In this document: positions 1 to 11,052 of the stretch, in pieces
Numbering within the stretch: the stretch's first letter is position 1
Layout: each line of letters begins with the position of its first letter
NCBI GenBank assembly: GCA_937864235.1
Contig: CALMJI010000018.1
Span: 73,955 to 137,954, forward strand
Origin: an uncultured bacterium
GTDB taxonomy: Bacteria; Patescibacteriota; Minisyncoccia; SW-4-49-11
Direction of reading: 5' to 3'
Length of the DNA: 64,000 nucleotides
Notes under the pieces: model-generated
The model's input: only the letters and a program-made list of their open reading frames with translations
Told to the model about the DNA's origin: nothing
Database searches by the model: none
Position numbers and translations under genes: made by a program

Positions 1-26
1 TAATAAGTGGAATTTAGTATAACTAT

Positions 27-1412
27 ATGAAGAAATGGTATAATACAATCAAAGAAATTGCCGGACCATTAGTAGTAGTGGAAAAGGTACCTCAAGTAGC
101 CTTTGAGGAAATTGTCGAAATTAGAGATTCCAAAGGTAATATCAGGAAAGGAAGAGTACTAGAAGCTGGAAAAGATACCGCAGTAGTGCAGTTATTCACC
201 AGCACCGACGGACTAGATGTAGAGTCTGCTGAAATAGCTTTCTTGGGAGAAACCTTAAAATTCGGGGTGTCAGATAGTATGTTAGGACGAGTCTTCACCG
301 GAGCTGGGAAAGTCAAAGACGGAGGACCCGAGATTATAGCTGAGAAATATCTAGATATCAATGGCTCCCCTATTAATCCAGGAATGCGACAATTCCCAAG
401 CGAATTTATCCAAACTGGAATCTCTACCATAGATGGACTCAATGCCCTAGTAAGAGGACAAAAACTTCCAATTTTCTCAGGATCTGGATTACCACATTCC
501 GAAATAGCCACCCAAATTGCCGAACAAGCTCAAGTGGTAGCCCTACAAAATGGTACAGATTTAGTACAAGCTGAAGAACCTTTTGTAGTAATCTTTGCCG
601 CTATGGGAGTGACTTTTGAGGAAGCACAATTCTTCATAGATTCTTTTGAAAAAACAGGAGCTATGGAGCGAGCAGCTTTGTTTATCAATACCGCAAGCGA
701 CCCAATTGTAGAGAGAATTACTCTGCCGCGATTGGCACTTACCTTAGGAGAATATCTAGCCTTTGAGAAAAATATGCATGTACTTGTCATCCTAACCGAT
801 ATGACAAACTATGCCGATGCCCTAAGAGAAGTATCAGCCTCTCGAAAAGAAATTCCAGGACGACGAGGATATCCGGGGTATCTATATACCGACCTCGCAA
901 CTCTTTATGAAAGAGCCGGGATAGTCAAAGGTTCCACAGGTTCCCTGACCCAAATTCCTATCCTGACAATGCCAGATGATGACAAACAACATCCAATCCC
1001 AGATTTAACCGGATACATCACCGAGGGACAAATTATGGTCAATCGAGAATTACATAATCAAGGAATATACCCACCGATACAACCAATCGGATCCTTATCA
1101 CGAATTGGAGTTAATAAAAAATACAGCCGAGAAGATTTATCCGCCGTCAAAGAGCAAATGGCTTCCTCCTATGCCAAAGGTATAGAAATCAAAGAATTAG
1201 CCCTAATTCTGGGAGAATCAGCCCTATCCGAGACAGATAAAGCATATATCAAGTTCGCTGAAGCCTTTGAAAATAGATATATAAGACAAGGAAGACGAGA
1301 AAACCGTACAATTCTAGATACACTAGATTTATCTTGGGACTTATTATCAATCCTACCGAAAAAAGAACTCAAGAAAATCAAGCCCGAGTTTATAGATAAA
1401 TACTCCAAATAA
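27..1412 (+). CDS. atpB: V/A-type ATP synthase subunit B
   Basis: 461 aa ORF with conserved V-ATPase B blocks ([47 protein letters not shown]). Confidence 0.9.
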   Translation: MKKWYNTIKEIAGPLVVVEKVPQVAFEEIVEIRDSKGNIRKGRVLEAGKDTAVVQLFTSTDGLDVESAEIAFLGETLKFGVSDSMLGRVFTGAGKVKDGGPEIIAEKYLDINGSPINPGMRQFPSEFIQTGISTIDGLNALVRGQKLPIFSGSGLPHSEIATQIAEQAQVVALQNGTDLVQAEEPFVVIFAAMGVTFEEAQFFIDSFEKTGAMERAALFINTASDPIVERITLPRLALTLGEYLAFEKNMHVLVILTDMTNYADALREVSASRKEIPGRRGYPGYLYTDLATLYERAGIVKGSTGSLTQIPILTMPDDDKQHPIPDLTGYITEGQIMVNRELHNQGIYPPIQPIGSLSRIGVNKKYSREDLSAVKEQMASSYAKGIEIKELALILGESALSETDKAYIKFAEAFENRYIRQGRRENRTILDTLDLSWDLLSILPKKELKKIKPEFIDKYSK

Positions 1413-1414
1413 GT

Positions 1415-2029
1415 ATGCCCGCCGTCAAACCGACCAGACAAGAAGCCCTCAAACTCAAAAAGAAGATTAAAACCGCTTCTCGCGGACATAGTTTGCTCAC
1501 TGACAAAAGAGATGGACTAATCCAAGAATTTCTAGCCATTATCCAAGAAGTAATCAAATTAAGAGGAGAATTAACCCCCAAAATTGTAGAAGCCATACAA
1601 TTATTTGAATTCGCTCAAACCAAAATCTCCACCGAAGCTATCCAAGAGCTAATACATCTCTCCCAAGCCAAAACTTATCTAGAATTACAAAAAAAATCTA
1701 TTATGGGAGTCACTATCCCACATATAATCACCCATTTACAGGGAGACCCTTTTCAATATGGAACATTAGGCACCCCCAAAGATTTAGACCACGCCCTCTT
1801 AACCTTACAAAATATACTACCACTATTAGTCAAATTAGCAGAGATAGAATTCACCGCCAGACTACTAGCCGAGGAAATAGAAGCCACCAGACGACGAGTC
1901 AATGCACTAGAATATGTCATTATTCCCGAGATGAAAACCAATCTCAAATCCATCCAAAATGCCCTAGACGAACTCACCCGCCAAGAAAAAGTCACAATTA
2001 TGAAGGTGAAAGAAATTTTGGGGCTGTAA
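1415..2029 (+). CDS. atpD: V/A-type ATP synthase subunit D
   Basis: 204 aa ORF starting 3 nt after the B-subunit stop; N-terminus MPAVKPTRQEALKLKKKIKTASRGHSLL is typical of V-type D subunits. Confidence 0.8.
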   Translation: MPAVKPTRQEALKLKKKIKTASRGHSLLTDKRDGLIQEFLAIIQEVIKLRGELTPKIVEAIQLFEFAQTKISTEAIQELIHLSQAKTYLELQKKSIMGVTIPHIITHLQGDPFQYGTLGTPKDLDHALLTLQNILPLLVKLAEIEFTARLLAEEIEATRRRVNALEYVIIPEMKTNLKSIQNALDELTRQEKVTIMKVKEILGL

Positions 2030-2043
2030 TTAAGTATACTTAC

Positions 2044-3129
2044 TCAGCTCTGACTATTGCTTGAATATTTTTCTTTTACAGACTCCCAGAGTCTTTTTGC
2101 AAATTCTAATTTTTGCTCATCTGGAGCATTTTTGATAAATGGCATTCTTTTACCTAAGTAGTTATATTTATTTAAATTATATAGGAAGTAATTTATAAAT
2201 TGCTCTTCGGTTGGATTATCGGGGTGTTCTTTGAAAAACTTACCTATGAATGATCTATCATTTTCGTCTTTCTCCTCTTCAATATGTCTTAGTTCTTCCA
2301 TTCTATCTCTAAAACTATTCAGTAATGCATTCTCTCCATAAATACTAGCTGCAATTTCATTCACTGCTGGGATCAAATCTTTATTTTCTGCAATTCTAGA
2401 AGTCGTGAATTCTTTATTCCCATTCAAAGCAGATGCTAAATTACCCAAATATACTCTACCCCTACCTTCTTGTGCTGGCATTACTACAAAATGATCAAAG
2501 ACCGTATTAGTCCCATCCAAAAAGTCCGACTCTCTCAGAGTGTATTCTTGTATTTTACACTCAGCCATTGTATTAATATCCTTATAACCTTCCAAAGCTT
2601 GTTTTGGGAAAGTAAAATAAAGGTTATTATTGGCATCAAAATAAACTAAAGTATCCCCTGCTTGCTCTATAATTAAGAAAGTATGTCCAGGAGCCTGGAT
2701 GGTAGTATGCTCAATATTATGACTTTGCAGATAAGTTGAAGCTATCAATGTCCTACCAGCACATTCTAAATGTCCCGACTCCATAATAGACCTAATCAGC
2801 ACACCATCTTGAGGTGCATCTGGATCAAGTTCCGCTGTATCAGCATTGCTTTGCAGAAGCTTAAATAGTTCATAAGGCAAATCCTGTACCTCCACTCCCT
2901 CAAGACTTTGCTCAATTTCCTGATATCTTGGTAAAGCTTTGGTAGACTCTATCAGTGTACCTTCAAAATCATCTAATTTAATCTCCTCACTAATTCCCAA
3001 ACTCTCTAAAACGACCTTATTAGCCTCCTCCATTTGCTCTGGAGTAACTTCCTGTTCTACACCTGAGCCCTCAGCCAATTCTTCAGCTTCCTCAACTTTC
3101 CTAAAATTACCTCCATTTTCAATACCCAT
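2044..3129 (-). CDS. hypothetical protein (possible Cys/His peptidase-like motif SGHLECAGRTL...GHTFLI)
   Basis: 361 aa intact ORF convergent with the ATPase genes; no family confidently recognised. Confidence 0.4.
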   Translation of the reverse strand: MGIENGGNFRKVEEAEELAEGSGVEQEVTPEQMEEANKVVLESLGISEEIKLDDFEGTLIESTKALPRYQEIEQSLEGVEVQDLPYELFKLLQSNADTAELDPDAPQDGVLIRSIMESGHLECAGRTLIASTYLQSHNIEHTTIQAPGHTFLIIEQAGDTLVYFDANNNLYFTFPKQALEGYKDINTMAECKIQEYTLRESDFLDGTNTVFDHFVVMPAQEGRGRVYLGNLASALNGNKEFTTSRIAENKDLIPAVNEIAASIYGENALLNSFRDRMEELRHIEEEKDENDRSFIGKFFKEHPDNPTEEQFINYFLYNLNKYNYLGKRMPFIKNAPDEQKLEFAKRLWESVKEKYSSNSQS

Positions 3130-3183
3130 ATTTTTTAGTTTACTATATTGATTATATCATACTCTGTGGGAGAATCTTAAGAT

Positions 3184-4032
3184 TTAGACTTTTTTATCCT
3201 GATTCAAATAATTTTTAGACTTTTGTAATTTTTTTGCATTCTTAGGAGAAATAATACTTTTTCCTGTTTGTTTCTCTAATGTTATTCTTGCTTGTTTAGC
3301 AACATTACCCCCTTCTTTTGCTACTTTTTTGTTTTCATTCAATCCTTTTGGCTTTTGTTCTTTTGAAATTTCGGCAGTAGAGGCTTCGGCTAACATATTC
3401 AAAACTAGCTCAAGATTAGTCATATTATCTCTTAGATTTTGTTTTTTGAGACCTTTAAAATTTTTATATTGCCTTACTGATTTATCTGCCCAGGCTTTTG
3501 TGATTTCATCTGTTAAAATTGCATATTCTAAACCTTCTTGAACCCCTCTTTCAGTCCATTCATCAGTTAACTCTTTTCTAATCTCAATACTTTTTAATCT
3601 TTGATTAATCCAATTTGGAGAATATCCTTTCTTGAGATAAGTTTTCATTGCTCTTTCAAAAGCAAGCTCTGGATCCTCAGTCTCCTCTATTCTCTCATAT
3701 CCAACCTTTGCTAACCAAAGTTTGAAAGGTTCAGCTTTTGGGGATGGAATTGATTGAATGAGTCTTAAAATATTTTCCGTATCTAGTACATCAGTAAGGT
3801 AGCTTTTACCATCAGACGATTTCATTTTCAGTTGTCCGATTTTTTCGGACAACTGACTTCCTTCTTCTGAAAGCTTTTTTTTAAGATCATTCCAATACTT
3901 TCTAGGTCTTTGAGTGTCTGTTAAAATCTCAATTACATCCACAACCGAAAAATACCAGAGTTCTTTCTCTCCATCCCAAGTTCTACGAACCTGCTTTTGA
4001 TTGAATATTATTATGGAACTATCTTTTTTCAT
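3184..4032 (-). CDS. DinD-like DNA-damage-inducible protein (Bro-N domain)
   Basis: N-terminal Bro-N-like block (RTWDGEKELWYFSVVDVIEILT); C-terminal block RQYKNFKGLKKQNLRDNMTNLELVLNMLAEASTAEI resembles the E. coli DinD C-terminus. Confidence 0.6.
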   Translation of the reverse strand: MKKDSSIIIFNQKQVRRTWDGEKELWYFSVVDVIEILTDTQRPRKYWNDLKKKLSEEGSQLSEKIGQLKMKSSDGKSYLTDVLDTENILRLIQSIPSPKAEPFKLWLAKVGYERIEETEDPELAFERAMKTYLKKGYSPNWINQRLKSIEIRKELTDEWTERGVQEGLEYAILTDEITKAWADKSVRQYKNFKGLKKQNLRDNMTNLELVLNMLAEASTAEISKEQKPKGLNENKKVAKEGGNVAKQARITLEKQTGKSIISPKNAKKLQKSKNYLNQDKKV

Positions 4033-4092
4033 AGTTTTTAGTTTATACTATATAAATATTATAACATACTACCTATTTTTACTCCCAAAAAT

Positions 4093-4563
4093 CTATTTTC
4101 CCAATCTTTTATTATATTTTTGTAGGCATAATTGATAACCTTCATCTATTAGCGGAAGTATTGTCTTTAATGTAGAGTTTGTTGGGTTAATAACACATAT
4201 CCATGACATCCAACCATATACTGGATGTGGAATAATTATGTTTTTTGATGTAAAATCATAATTCATATCTATTACCTTTCCTGCTTGTGGGCGATTTGGT
4301 ATACAGCCAAACAACTTAATAAATGTCTCCCTGCTTATGCCTAAATTCAATCTATAAAGATCTGGACTTATATTAAGATTAGATGATTTATCATTATCTC
4401 CATCTTTCTGCTTAAAAGTTAATAAATAGACTCCTTTTTTTAATTTATGTTCTGGATTATAAAATAAACCTATTTCTCCCCAATTTTTATTGACTACAAA
4501 ACCAGAATACTGATTGGTGATTATTTGTATAATTTCGTCTATTGTAAGTATCTTATCTTTCAT
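4093..4563 (-). CDS. hypothetical protein
   Basis: 156 aa intact ORF with no recognised motif. Confidence 0.35.
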   Translation of the reverse strand: MKDKILTIDEIIQIITNQYSGFVVNKNWGEIGLFYNPEHKLKKGVYLLTFKQKDGDNDKSSNLNISPDLYRLNLGISRETFIKLFGCIPNRPQAGKVIDMNYDFTSKNIIIPHPVYGWMSWICVINPTNSTLKTILPLIDEGYQLCLQKYNKRLGK

Positions 4564-4564
4564 C

Positions 4565-7276
4565 TTACTTCCCCTCCAATCTCGCTCGCCATTTGTAGAG
4601 TTCGGCTACAGCTATGACTACGACGATGGAGATAATTCCATAGTAAATAGAATCATATAGAGAGACTGGGGTGAATTGTAATATTCGCTGTAGGAACGGG
4701 AGGGTTATCATAGCTGCTAAGATTAGAGCTGAGGCAGCAACGGCTAGATTTATTATCTTATTAGAGAAGAATCCGATGCTGAATAGAGATTCCTTTGGGG
4801 ATCTCATATTATAGGTGTTCGCTAATTGCATCAGGGATAAACAGAGGAAAAACATTGTTCTTGCCTGCTCAATTCCATTACCCAAATAGGCTAAGAAAAT
4901 CCAGAAGCCTAAAGCGGTCATAGTCAAGGTCATCAAGATAATATATGGATATGTATTAGGTGATACTACTTTCATATTAGCGGGGAGTGGTTTTTCTAAC
5001 AGAATTCCTTGATGACTTCGCTCGGTGGCAAGAGCAATATCTGAAATTCCATTGGTGACTAAATTTAGACACAACACCTGTATTGCCAAAAGTGGTAGCG
5101 GTAGCCCCAGGCTAAGTGTCAACATAAATAATAAAATCTCAGCAATACTAGTAGTAATGAGGAAAATACTAGTCTGTTGTACATTACGGAATATTACTCT
5201 CCCCTCTTCTAGAGCCGAGATAATACTGACAAAATTATCATCAGTGAGTACAATATCACTGGCTTCCCTTGCAACATCGGTGCCTCTGATGCCCATAGCT
5301 ATGCCTATATCGGCTTTTTTGAGGGCTGGGGCATCATTTACCCCATCTCCAGTCATAGCCACGATATGCTTGTGTTTTTGTAAAATACTAGCTACTCTGA
5401 GCTTACTTCTTGGGCTAAGCCTAGCTATCACAGAAATATTTTTTAATTTTTTATATAATTCTTTATCAGATAAAGCTTGGATTTCATCATCAGTCAAAGC
5501 TTCTCCTGTCTCGTCTATCAAATCAATAGATTTGGCAATCGCAAGAGCAGTATCTTTATGGTCTCCTGTCGCCATAATTACTCTGACTCCAGCTTTTTTG
5601 GCCTGTGCAATAGCCTCTGCTACTTCAGCTCTGGGAGGATCTATAATCCCAACTATACCTATAAAGACTAAATTTTGCACTTGCTCAGCTTGAATAGATT
5701 TTAGACCAGCCTGCTCATCCCTATAAGCAAGAGCTATGACTCGCATAGCTTGTTTTGAGAAATCTATTATTTGCTGATTAACCTCTTTTATATGCTCAGC
5801 AGTTAAGTCTACTATATTACCTTTTTTATCTAAAATTTTATTACTTAATTTGAGTAAAGTCTCACTAGCTCCTATCACCATCAACTGATGTAAATCCTGA
5901 TCCTGATTATATACATAGCTGGCTCGGAATTTATTCTCCGAGCGAAATGGTAAATCTGCTAATCTATGCCATTCATTGTCTAATACATCTTTATTTAGAT
6001 TAGCTTTTAGAGATAAGACAGACAATGCTACCTCTGTCGGGTCTCCGATACTTTTAGTGCTAGACTGACCATTATCCAAAACTTCTTCGTACAATTGACC
6101 ATTATGAGCTAACCCAGCAATATGTAATAATTTAGCAATAGAAGGACAGTCTAAGGGGAGAATTTCATTATTATTTTGTTTGAATTCACCTTGTTTCTCT
6201 AGCCCCCTACCAGTGACATCTACTATAGGCTCATCTAGTACATACAATTTTTGTACTGTCATATTATTCTCAGTCAAAGTCCCAGTTTTATCTGTAATAA
6301 TCGTATCCATCACGGCTAGAGATTCTGTAACAGGCAGAGATCTAATAATTGCTTTTTTATCACTCATTCTCTTAGCCCCTATGGCTAACACCACTACCAA
6401 AACTACTGGTAAACTCTCAGGTATTCCACCTACCAGAGCAGATAAAGTAAATCCTATCATCTCATCTAGAGGTAAATTCCTAAACCAAAACCCAATCACA
6501 AACAAGATTGCCGCCGAACTAAAAGCAAAAATTGCCAACTGACGAGCCAAAGTAGCAGTCTGGGTATGAAAATGAGTTTCCTCCAGTGGTACTTTTTGGA
6601 TGTCATCAGCAATAGAGCCAATTTGAGTATTCATACCAGTAGCTACTACAACAGCTTTTGCCCAACCAGTAGCCACTAAAGTACCCATCCAAACTAAATT
6701 ACTTCTATCCCCAATCCCAACTTCTTCTGTAATAATATCTATAGATTTAGAAGAAGGTTGAGACTCCCCTGTCAAAGCCGCCTCTATAGTCTGTAATTCT
6801 ACAGACTCAATCAGCCTAGCATCAGCTGGGACTTTATCTCCCTCCTCTAGAACAATAATATCTCCCGGCACCAAATCTTTAGCATTATGCTCTTCTAGAT
6901 GCCCATCCCGATACACTTTAGTCTTGACTAGAATTTTCTGAGCCAAAGCAGATACAGCCCGTTCAGCTCTATATTCCTGAGAGAACCCAATAATAGAATT
7001 AATTACCACTATTACAATAATAATCCAAAAATCAACCCAATGATTAAATACAGCCGACAGTATAGCCGACAATAATAAAACATAAACCAAGCCATTATGA
7101 AATTGTTTTAAGAATAGCCAAATTGGAGATTCTACTTGCTTTTCTGACAGTATATTCTCTCCAAACTTTACTCTCCTAGTTATAGCTTCCTTGGAAGTGA
7201 TTCCAGTAAAATTAGAGTTCATATCAGCTAAAGATTCCTCAACGGATAGCTGATAATAGTTTTTGAATTTTTGCAT
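4565..7276 (-). CDS. P-type cation-transporting ATPase (Ca2+/Mg2+ type, E1-E2)
   Basis: 903 aa; DKTGTLT phosphorylation motif (ITDKTGTLTEN), TGDGVNDAPALKKADIGIAMG hinge motif and about 10 TM helices. Confidence 0.9.
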   Translation of the reverse strand: MQKFKNYYQLSVEESLADMNSNFTGITSKEAITRRVKFGENILSEKQVESPIWLFLKQFHNGLVYVLLLSAILSAVFNHWVDFWIIIVIVVINSIIGFSQEYRAERAVSALAQKILVKTKVYRDGHLEEHNAKDLVPGDIIVLEEGDKVPADARLIESVELQTIEAALTGESQPSSKSIDIITEEVGIGDRSNLVWMGTLVATGWAKAVVVATGMNTQIGSIADDIQKVPLEETHFHTQTATLARQLAIFAFSSAAILFVIGFWFRNLPLDEMIGFTLSALVGGIPESLPVVLVVVLAIGAKRMSDKKAIIRSLPVTESLAVMDTIITDKTGTLTENNMTVQKLYVLDEPIVDVTGRGLEKQGEFKQNNNEILPLDCPSIAKLLHIAGLAHNGQLYEEVLDNGQSSTKSIGDPTEVALSVLSLKANLNKDVLDNEWHRLADLPFRSENKFRASYVYNQDQDLHQLMVIGASETLLKLSNKILDKKGNIVDLTAEHIKEVNQQIIDFSKQAMRVIALAYRDEQAGLKSIQAEQVQNLVFIGIVGIIDPPRAEVAEAIAQAKKAGVRVIMATGDHKDTALAIAKSIDLIDETGEALTDDEIQALSDKELYKKLKNISVIARLSPRSKLRVASILQKHKHIVAMTGDGVNDAPALKKADIGIAMGIRGTDVAREASDIVLTDDNFVSIISALEEGRVIFRNVQQTSIFLITTSIAEILLFMLTLSLGLPLPLLAIQVLCLNLVTNGISDIALATERSHQGILLEKPLPANMKVVSPNTYPYIILMTLTMTALGFWIFLAYLGNGIEQARTMFFLCLSLMQLANTYNMRSPKESLFSIGFFSNKIINLAVAASALILAAMITLPFLQRILQFTPVSLYDSIYYGIISIVVVIAVAELYKWRARLEGK

Positions 7277-7323
7277 ATTTTGGATATTAATTTATTTATA
7301 TAGTTATTATATCATAATTAATA

Positions 7324-8937
7324 TCAGTTTACATATTTATCTATAGGGGGGTGTTTGGGTAATTTAATTTCAAATAAAGCACCTTTATCTATTCCTGAGT
7401 TTTTAAATTTTAATGTCCCATGATGCAGCTCAACAATAGTTTTAGAAATAAACAAACCAAAGCCTGATCCATTAGGATTACGGTCATCTACTCCACCAGC
7501 TCTAAAGCCTGGATGGAAAATTTTATCTTTTACTCTTACATCAACCCCATTACCATTATCCCTAAACCTAATTCTTAATCTATCACCTTCATCAATCAAA
7601 GTAATCCAAACTTTGTTTTTGCCATAATAGATTGCATTAGATAATAGATTCTGAAACACACTTTTCATTCTAACATTATCTATATTAGCCAAAAAGCTTT
7701 CTCCTATAGTCTTCATAATAACTTTTGTGTTGAAATGATCCAAAATATGTTTATTATCTTGAATTAGATAGTTTAACTCTTCTCTAATATCAATATTTGG
7801 TCTAGTAACAACCCCAAATCTATTAGCTCTAATTGCATTCAAAGATAACACATCATTTACCAACTCTACTAATCTCTGAGTATTAATATATACTTTTACT
7901 ATATCGTTCTTGGTATACTCATTCATTTTATATTTACCTTGCCACTGTTCTAGAATTAGAGACAAAAATCCATTCAAAGAAGTAAGTGGAGTTCTAAGTT
8001 GATGAGAAGTCATTCTTAAGAATAAATCTTTTGACTCTATAGTCTCTAATAGTTTTTTATTAGAAATATCTAATTCTTTTTCTCTTTGAATCCCAGCCAA
8101 CAATTCTTTAAATAAATTATAAGCCAAAATAACGAAAATTATAAAGAATATAACACTAACTGCAAACTCATAAAAACTATTAGAAAGAAAAATATAGATA
8201 AATAAGATAATACCCATAATTCCGAGTAAAATTTCTGACAGAATCATCTTAATATTAAAGAGATGATGTTTGAAAATTGCGTAGGTGGTGAAGATTCCCA
8301 CAAATACCATACCCAGAGGACCAAATTTAGACAAATCAGAAGAGCCAAATATAAGAGGATAAATTAAGTTAGTAAATAACCCTATCCAAAAACTTAAAGA
8401 AATACCTATTACAAAAAATCTTAACTGTAATTTTTCTATTTTCTTTCTAGTAGTAAAAAATCTTTGTAGTATACGAATATAAGCATTTAAAAATAGAGAT
8501 AAATATGCAATTCCATATAATAAATAAAAATTACCATATTCAAATTTATATTGATTAATACCTATTACCACAACATCTTTCACAATAGCTGGAGTAAAAA
8601 TGAATATATAACCCAATATTAATATAATAAACCAGTATATTATAGGATTCCAAATTTTTTTCCTCAAATATACTCTTTCAAATAAAACTAATCCTGTAAC
8701 TGTTATTATGGCACCCCAAAAAGCTATTCTAATCAAGTACAAAGTATTGAGACCCAATATATTTGAGACAATATATACTCCTTCTTCATTATATATTAAA
8801 TTTAAAGACAACCCCCAAATAACTGCCCCTATAAGTGTAATCCCAAATAATTTACCTTTTGCTTTACTAGCTAAGACCAAAATAAACAAAGCTAGTATAA
8901 TTGTTATAACAGCTGTACTCAGTATTGTATACGACAT
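7324..8937 (-). CDS. sensor histidine kinase with N-terminal multi-TM (7TM-like) sensor region
   Basis: H-box HQLRTPLTSLNGF, N-box NLLSNAIYYG, G-boxes DNGNGV and GSGFGLFISK; about 270 aa hydrophobic N-terminus; no response regulator adjacent. Confidence 0.8.
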   Translation of the reverse strand: MSYTILSTAVITIILALFILVLASKAKGKLFGITLIGAVIWGLSLNLIYNEEGVYIVSNILGLNTLYLIRIAFWGAIITVTGLVLFERVYLRKKIWNPIIYWFIILILGYIFIFTPAIVKDVVVIGINQYKFEYGNFYLLYGIAYLSLFLNAYIRILQRFFTTRKKIEKLQLRFFVIGISLSFWIGLFTNLIYPLIFGSSDLSKFGPLGMVFVGIFTTYAIFKHHLFNIKMILSEILLGIMGIILFIYIFLSNSFYEFAVSVIFFIIFVILAYNLFKELLAGIQREKELDISNKKLLETIESKDLFLRMTSHQLRTPLTSLNGFLSLILEQWQGKYKMNEYTKNDIVKVYINTQRLVELVNDVLSLNAIRANRFGVVTRPNIDIREELNYLIQDNKHILDHFNTKVIMKTIGESFLANIDNVRMKSVFQNLLSNAIYYGKNKVWITLIDEGDRLRIRFRDNGNGVDVRVKDKIFHPGFRAGGVDDRNPNGSGFGLFISKTIVELHHGTLKFKNSGIDKGALFEIKLPKHPPIDKYVN

Positions 8938-8973
8938 AATTTTTGTTTTTTATTATTTTTATAATAATTATAA

Positions 8974-9840
8974 CTATCTAATAAAAAATTTTATTAATTG
9001 GTTCACTTCTAATTCTAATGTACAAACTTCTATTTCCTCAGATCTTGCAAAATACCCTTTAATTTCTTCTCTAGCTTTATAGTTATGTGGAGTTAAAGGT
9101 AACATTGTAGGAGATGTGAATTTAATATTAAAAACTTTCTCAATATGATTTTTTAATTTAGGATGTTTCAACATTACCATTATAAACCTTTTTCTACTTT
9201 TTAACAAATACAGATATAACTTCAGTCCCAATAATACAGTAACCAAAGGGTTTTTAGTCTTTTTTGCTCTATAATCTGGATCATTAACCCATCTACCAAC
9301 ATCCACATACTCTGTTAATTCATCCTCTGCTATATCTAAGTTAAAATAATTTAAAGTAGACAACCTAGTTAATTTATTATAAAAAATAATCCTCAATGTC
9401 CCGACAACCTTTTTATCTTTTATAACAACTAAGTTTGTAGAAAACGGATCATAATCATCAACAAAGATATTGTGTTCTTTTGAATCATTAATATATCCAG
9501 TCTCCAAATAAACCTTATGCCGTAATTTGTAAACTTCTTCTAATAGATGTCCATCCGCTTTTTGAACTTTAAATCCTTGTAAATGTGCTATACAATCTAA
9601 AAACCTTACAGCAATTTCAATAAATAAAATTTCAATAGATCGTATAATCTCTCTATAATTTATCAAAAACACAGACCAAGTTAAACCTAGGATTATAGCA
9701 ATATTCGTCCATATTGTAGCATCCCAAATAAAAAACTGTCCCAATATCAGTATGATTATAATAAATATAATCGCATTCAATAAAATATTTCCTACCATAA
9801 TTAAATCAATTCTACCAAATTTTCCCGCACTATACCACAT
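8974..9840 (-). CDS. membrane-anchored GNAT-fold acyltransferase (N-acyl amino acid synthase / autoinducer-synthase-like, PF13444-like)
   Basis: About 90 aa TM N-terminus followed by LEEVYKLRHKVYLETGYIN...FVDDYDPFS...VVIKDKKVVGTLRIIF pattern recalled for N-acyl amino acid synthases. Confidence 0.4.
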   Translation of the reverse strand: MWYSAGKFGRIDLIMVGNILLNAIIFIIIILILGQFFIWDATIWTNIAIILGLTWSVFLINYREIIRSIEILFIEIAVRFLDCIAHLQGFKVQKADGHLLEEVYKLRHKVYLETGYINDSKEHNIFVDDYDPFSTNLVVIKDKKVVGTLRIIFYNKLTRLSTLNYFNLDIAEDELTEYVDVGRWVNDPDYRAKKTKNPLVTVLLGLKLYLYLLKSRKRFIMVMLKHPKLKNHIEKVFNIKFTSPTMLPLTPHNYKAREEIKGYFARSEEIEVCTLELEVNQLIKFFIR

Positions 9841-9876
9841 TTATAAATTTTTGTCAATATCTGTCAAACAAAAATA

Positions 9877-10578
9877 TCATCTCAAAATCACCGTCATAGA
9901 CTTAAGTTCTCGTCTTGAATACTCTGTCAAAGAGTATACTATGATAATCAAGCCCATCATTTCCATAAACTCCTCGATATGTGACAATTCTACATACCAA
10001 TCACTCAAGCCCTGCGTAGACAAAACAAAGCCACCTATAGCCTCTACACCTATAGCTCCAGTTACATAAGTAAGTGTTCCCAATATCAAATAAACTTTTG
10101 TATAAATAGGTATTCGCCAAATAAATCTGCTATATATAATAGAAATCAAAATAACTAAAGCCATAGCAGGGATAACCCAAGCCTGATAAAGCCATGGACT
10201 AATATCCCAATTATCACGAATTGGATCAATAGCTAATTCATGGAATCCAGCCACCTCATCCATAGCAATATAAATTCCCATCAAAGCAATACCGCGCCAA
10301 GCCCAAGATGACTTACCTTGAGACTTGACGGCTGATGCAATCAGAGCTGCATTCATAGCTAAATATAGGGCTATAACTCCCGTAAACCAAGTTGGAATAT
10401 TTGCCTCCTGATCCACACTAAAAGTACGACTAGGGTCTGACATAGAATTGTAAGACAAAGATGCTTTTTTCTCCAACAATTCATCTCCTTTTGGTGAGAC
10501 AAATGCACTAACAGATACTAATATAACGGCAATTATAGCCATCAGTAACACCACCAATCTTTGATTCCAATATATCAT
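9877..10578 (-). CDS. hypothetical integral membrane protein
   Basis: 233 aa, about 6 predicted TM helices. Confidence 0.45.
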   Translation of the reverse strand: MIYWNQRLVVLLMAIIAVILVSVSAFVSPKGDELLEKKASLSYNSMSDPSRTFSVDQEANIPTWFTGVIALYLAMNAALIASAVKSQGKSSWAWRGIALMGIYIAMDEVAGFHELAIDPIRDNWDISPWLYQAWVIPAMALVILISIIYSRFIWRIPIYTKVYLILGTLTYVTGAIGVEAIGGFVLSTQGLSDWYVELSHIEEFMEMMGLIIIVYSLTEYSRRELKSMTVILR

Positions 10579-10710
10579 TCTATTCTTATCAGTTCTGTCT
10601 CAAGTATTTAAAATCTATTGTACTATAAAATAATCTTTTTGAATAGAGAAAAGCAATAGATTAGTAGTGCTTAGATAAATGAGATTATATAGCAAATTGA
10701 TATAATGTTT

Positions 10711-10971
10711 GTCCTCCTTTGGAGGAGGTGGTACGGAGTACCGGAGGTGTATTGAGCTAAATTCCCCTCTTGAGGGGTGTATTTCTACTATATTTATATA
10801 GTAGAAATACGGGGTGGAATAAAATATGAAAAAAACAATCTACTCCCATACGACACAAATGTTATTTTCTACTGTCCTCCTCCATCACCTTACGGTGCCA
10901 CCTACCTCCTAAATAAATATAGGATGGACTTAAAGCTCCCCCCTGCCTACCGCAAGTAGGCAAGGGAGGAC
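10711..10971. repeat. GC-rich modular intergenic repeat (stem-loop modules CCTCCT-ttgg-AGGAGG, GGTAC-gga-GTACC, CCCCTC-tt-GAGGGG) enclosing a perfect 15-bp inverted repeat at 10779-10810
   Basis: GC-rich palindromic modules in an AT-rich intergenic region; the same modules recur at more than 15 loci in the window. Confidence 0.8.
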
Positions 10972-11052
10972 AATTTATTTATTTTTTTACAATACATCTC
11001 ATCTTTTTCAGGAAAAAACCCGACAAATAACTACTTAAAAGATATATACAAC

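Noticed and set aside
92-790. Antisense ORFs within the V-ATPase B gene (92-511, 530-790); likewise 5025-5693, 5477-5671 and 6180-6542 within the P-type ATPase, 40582-41187 within ccdA, 41866-42243 within the bactofilin-like gene, 47650-48000 within the cyclophilin gene, 60771-61088 within the rSAM gene, and others
   Set aside because: They are fully nested on the opposite strand of confidently identified genes with strong protein signatures, and their compositionally biased translations lack motifs; treated as spurious.
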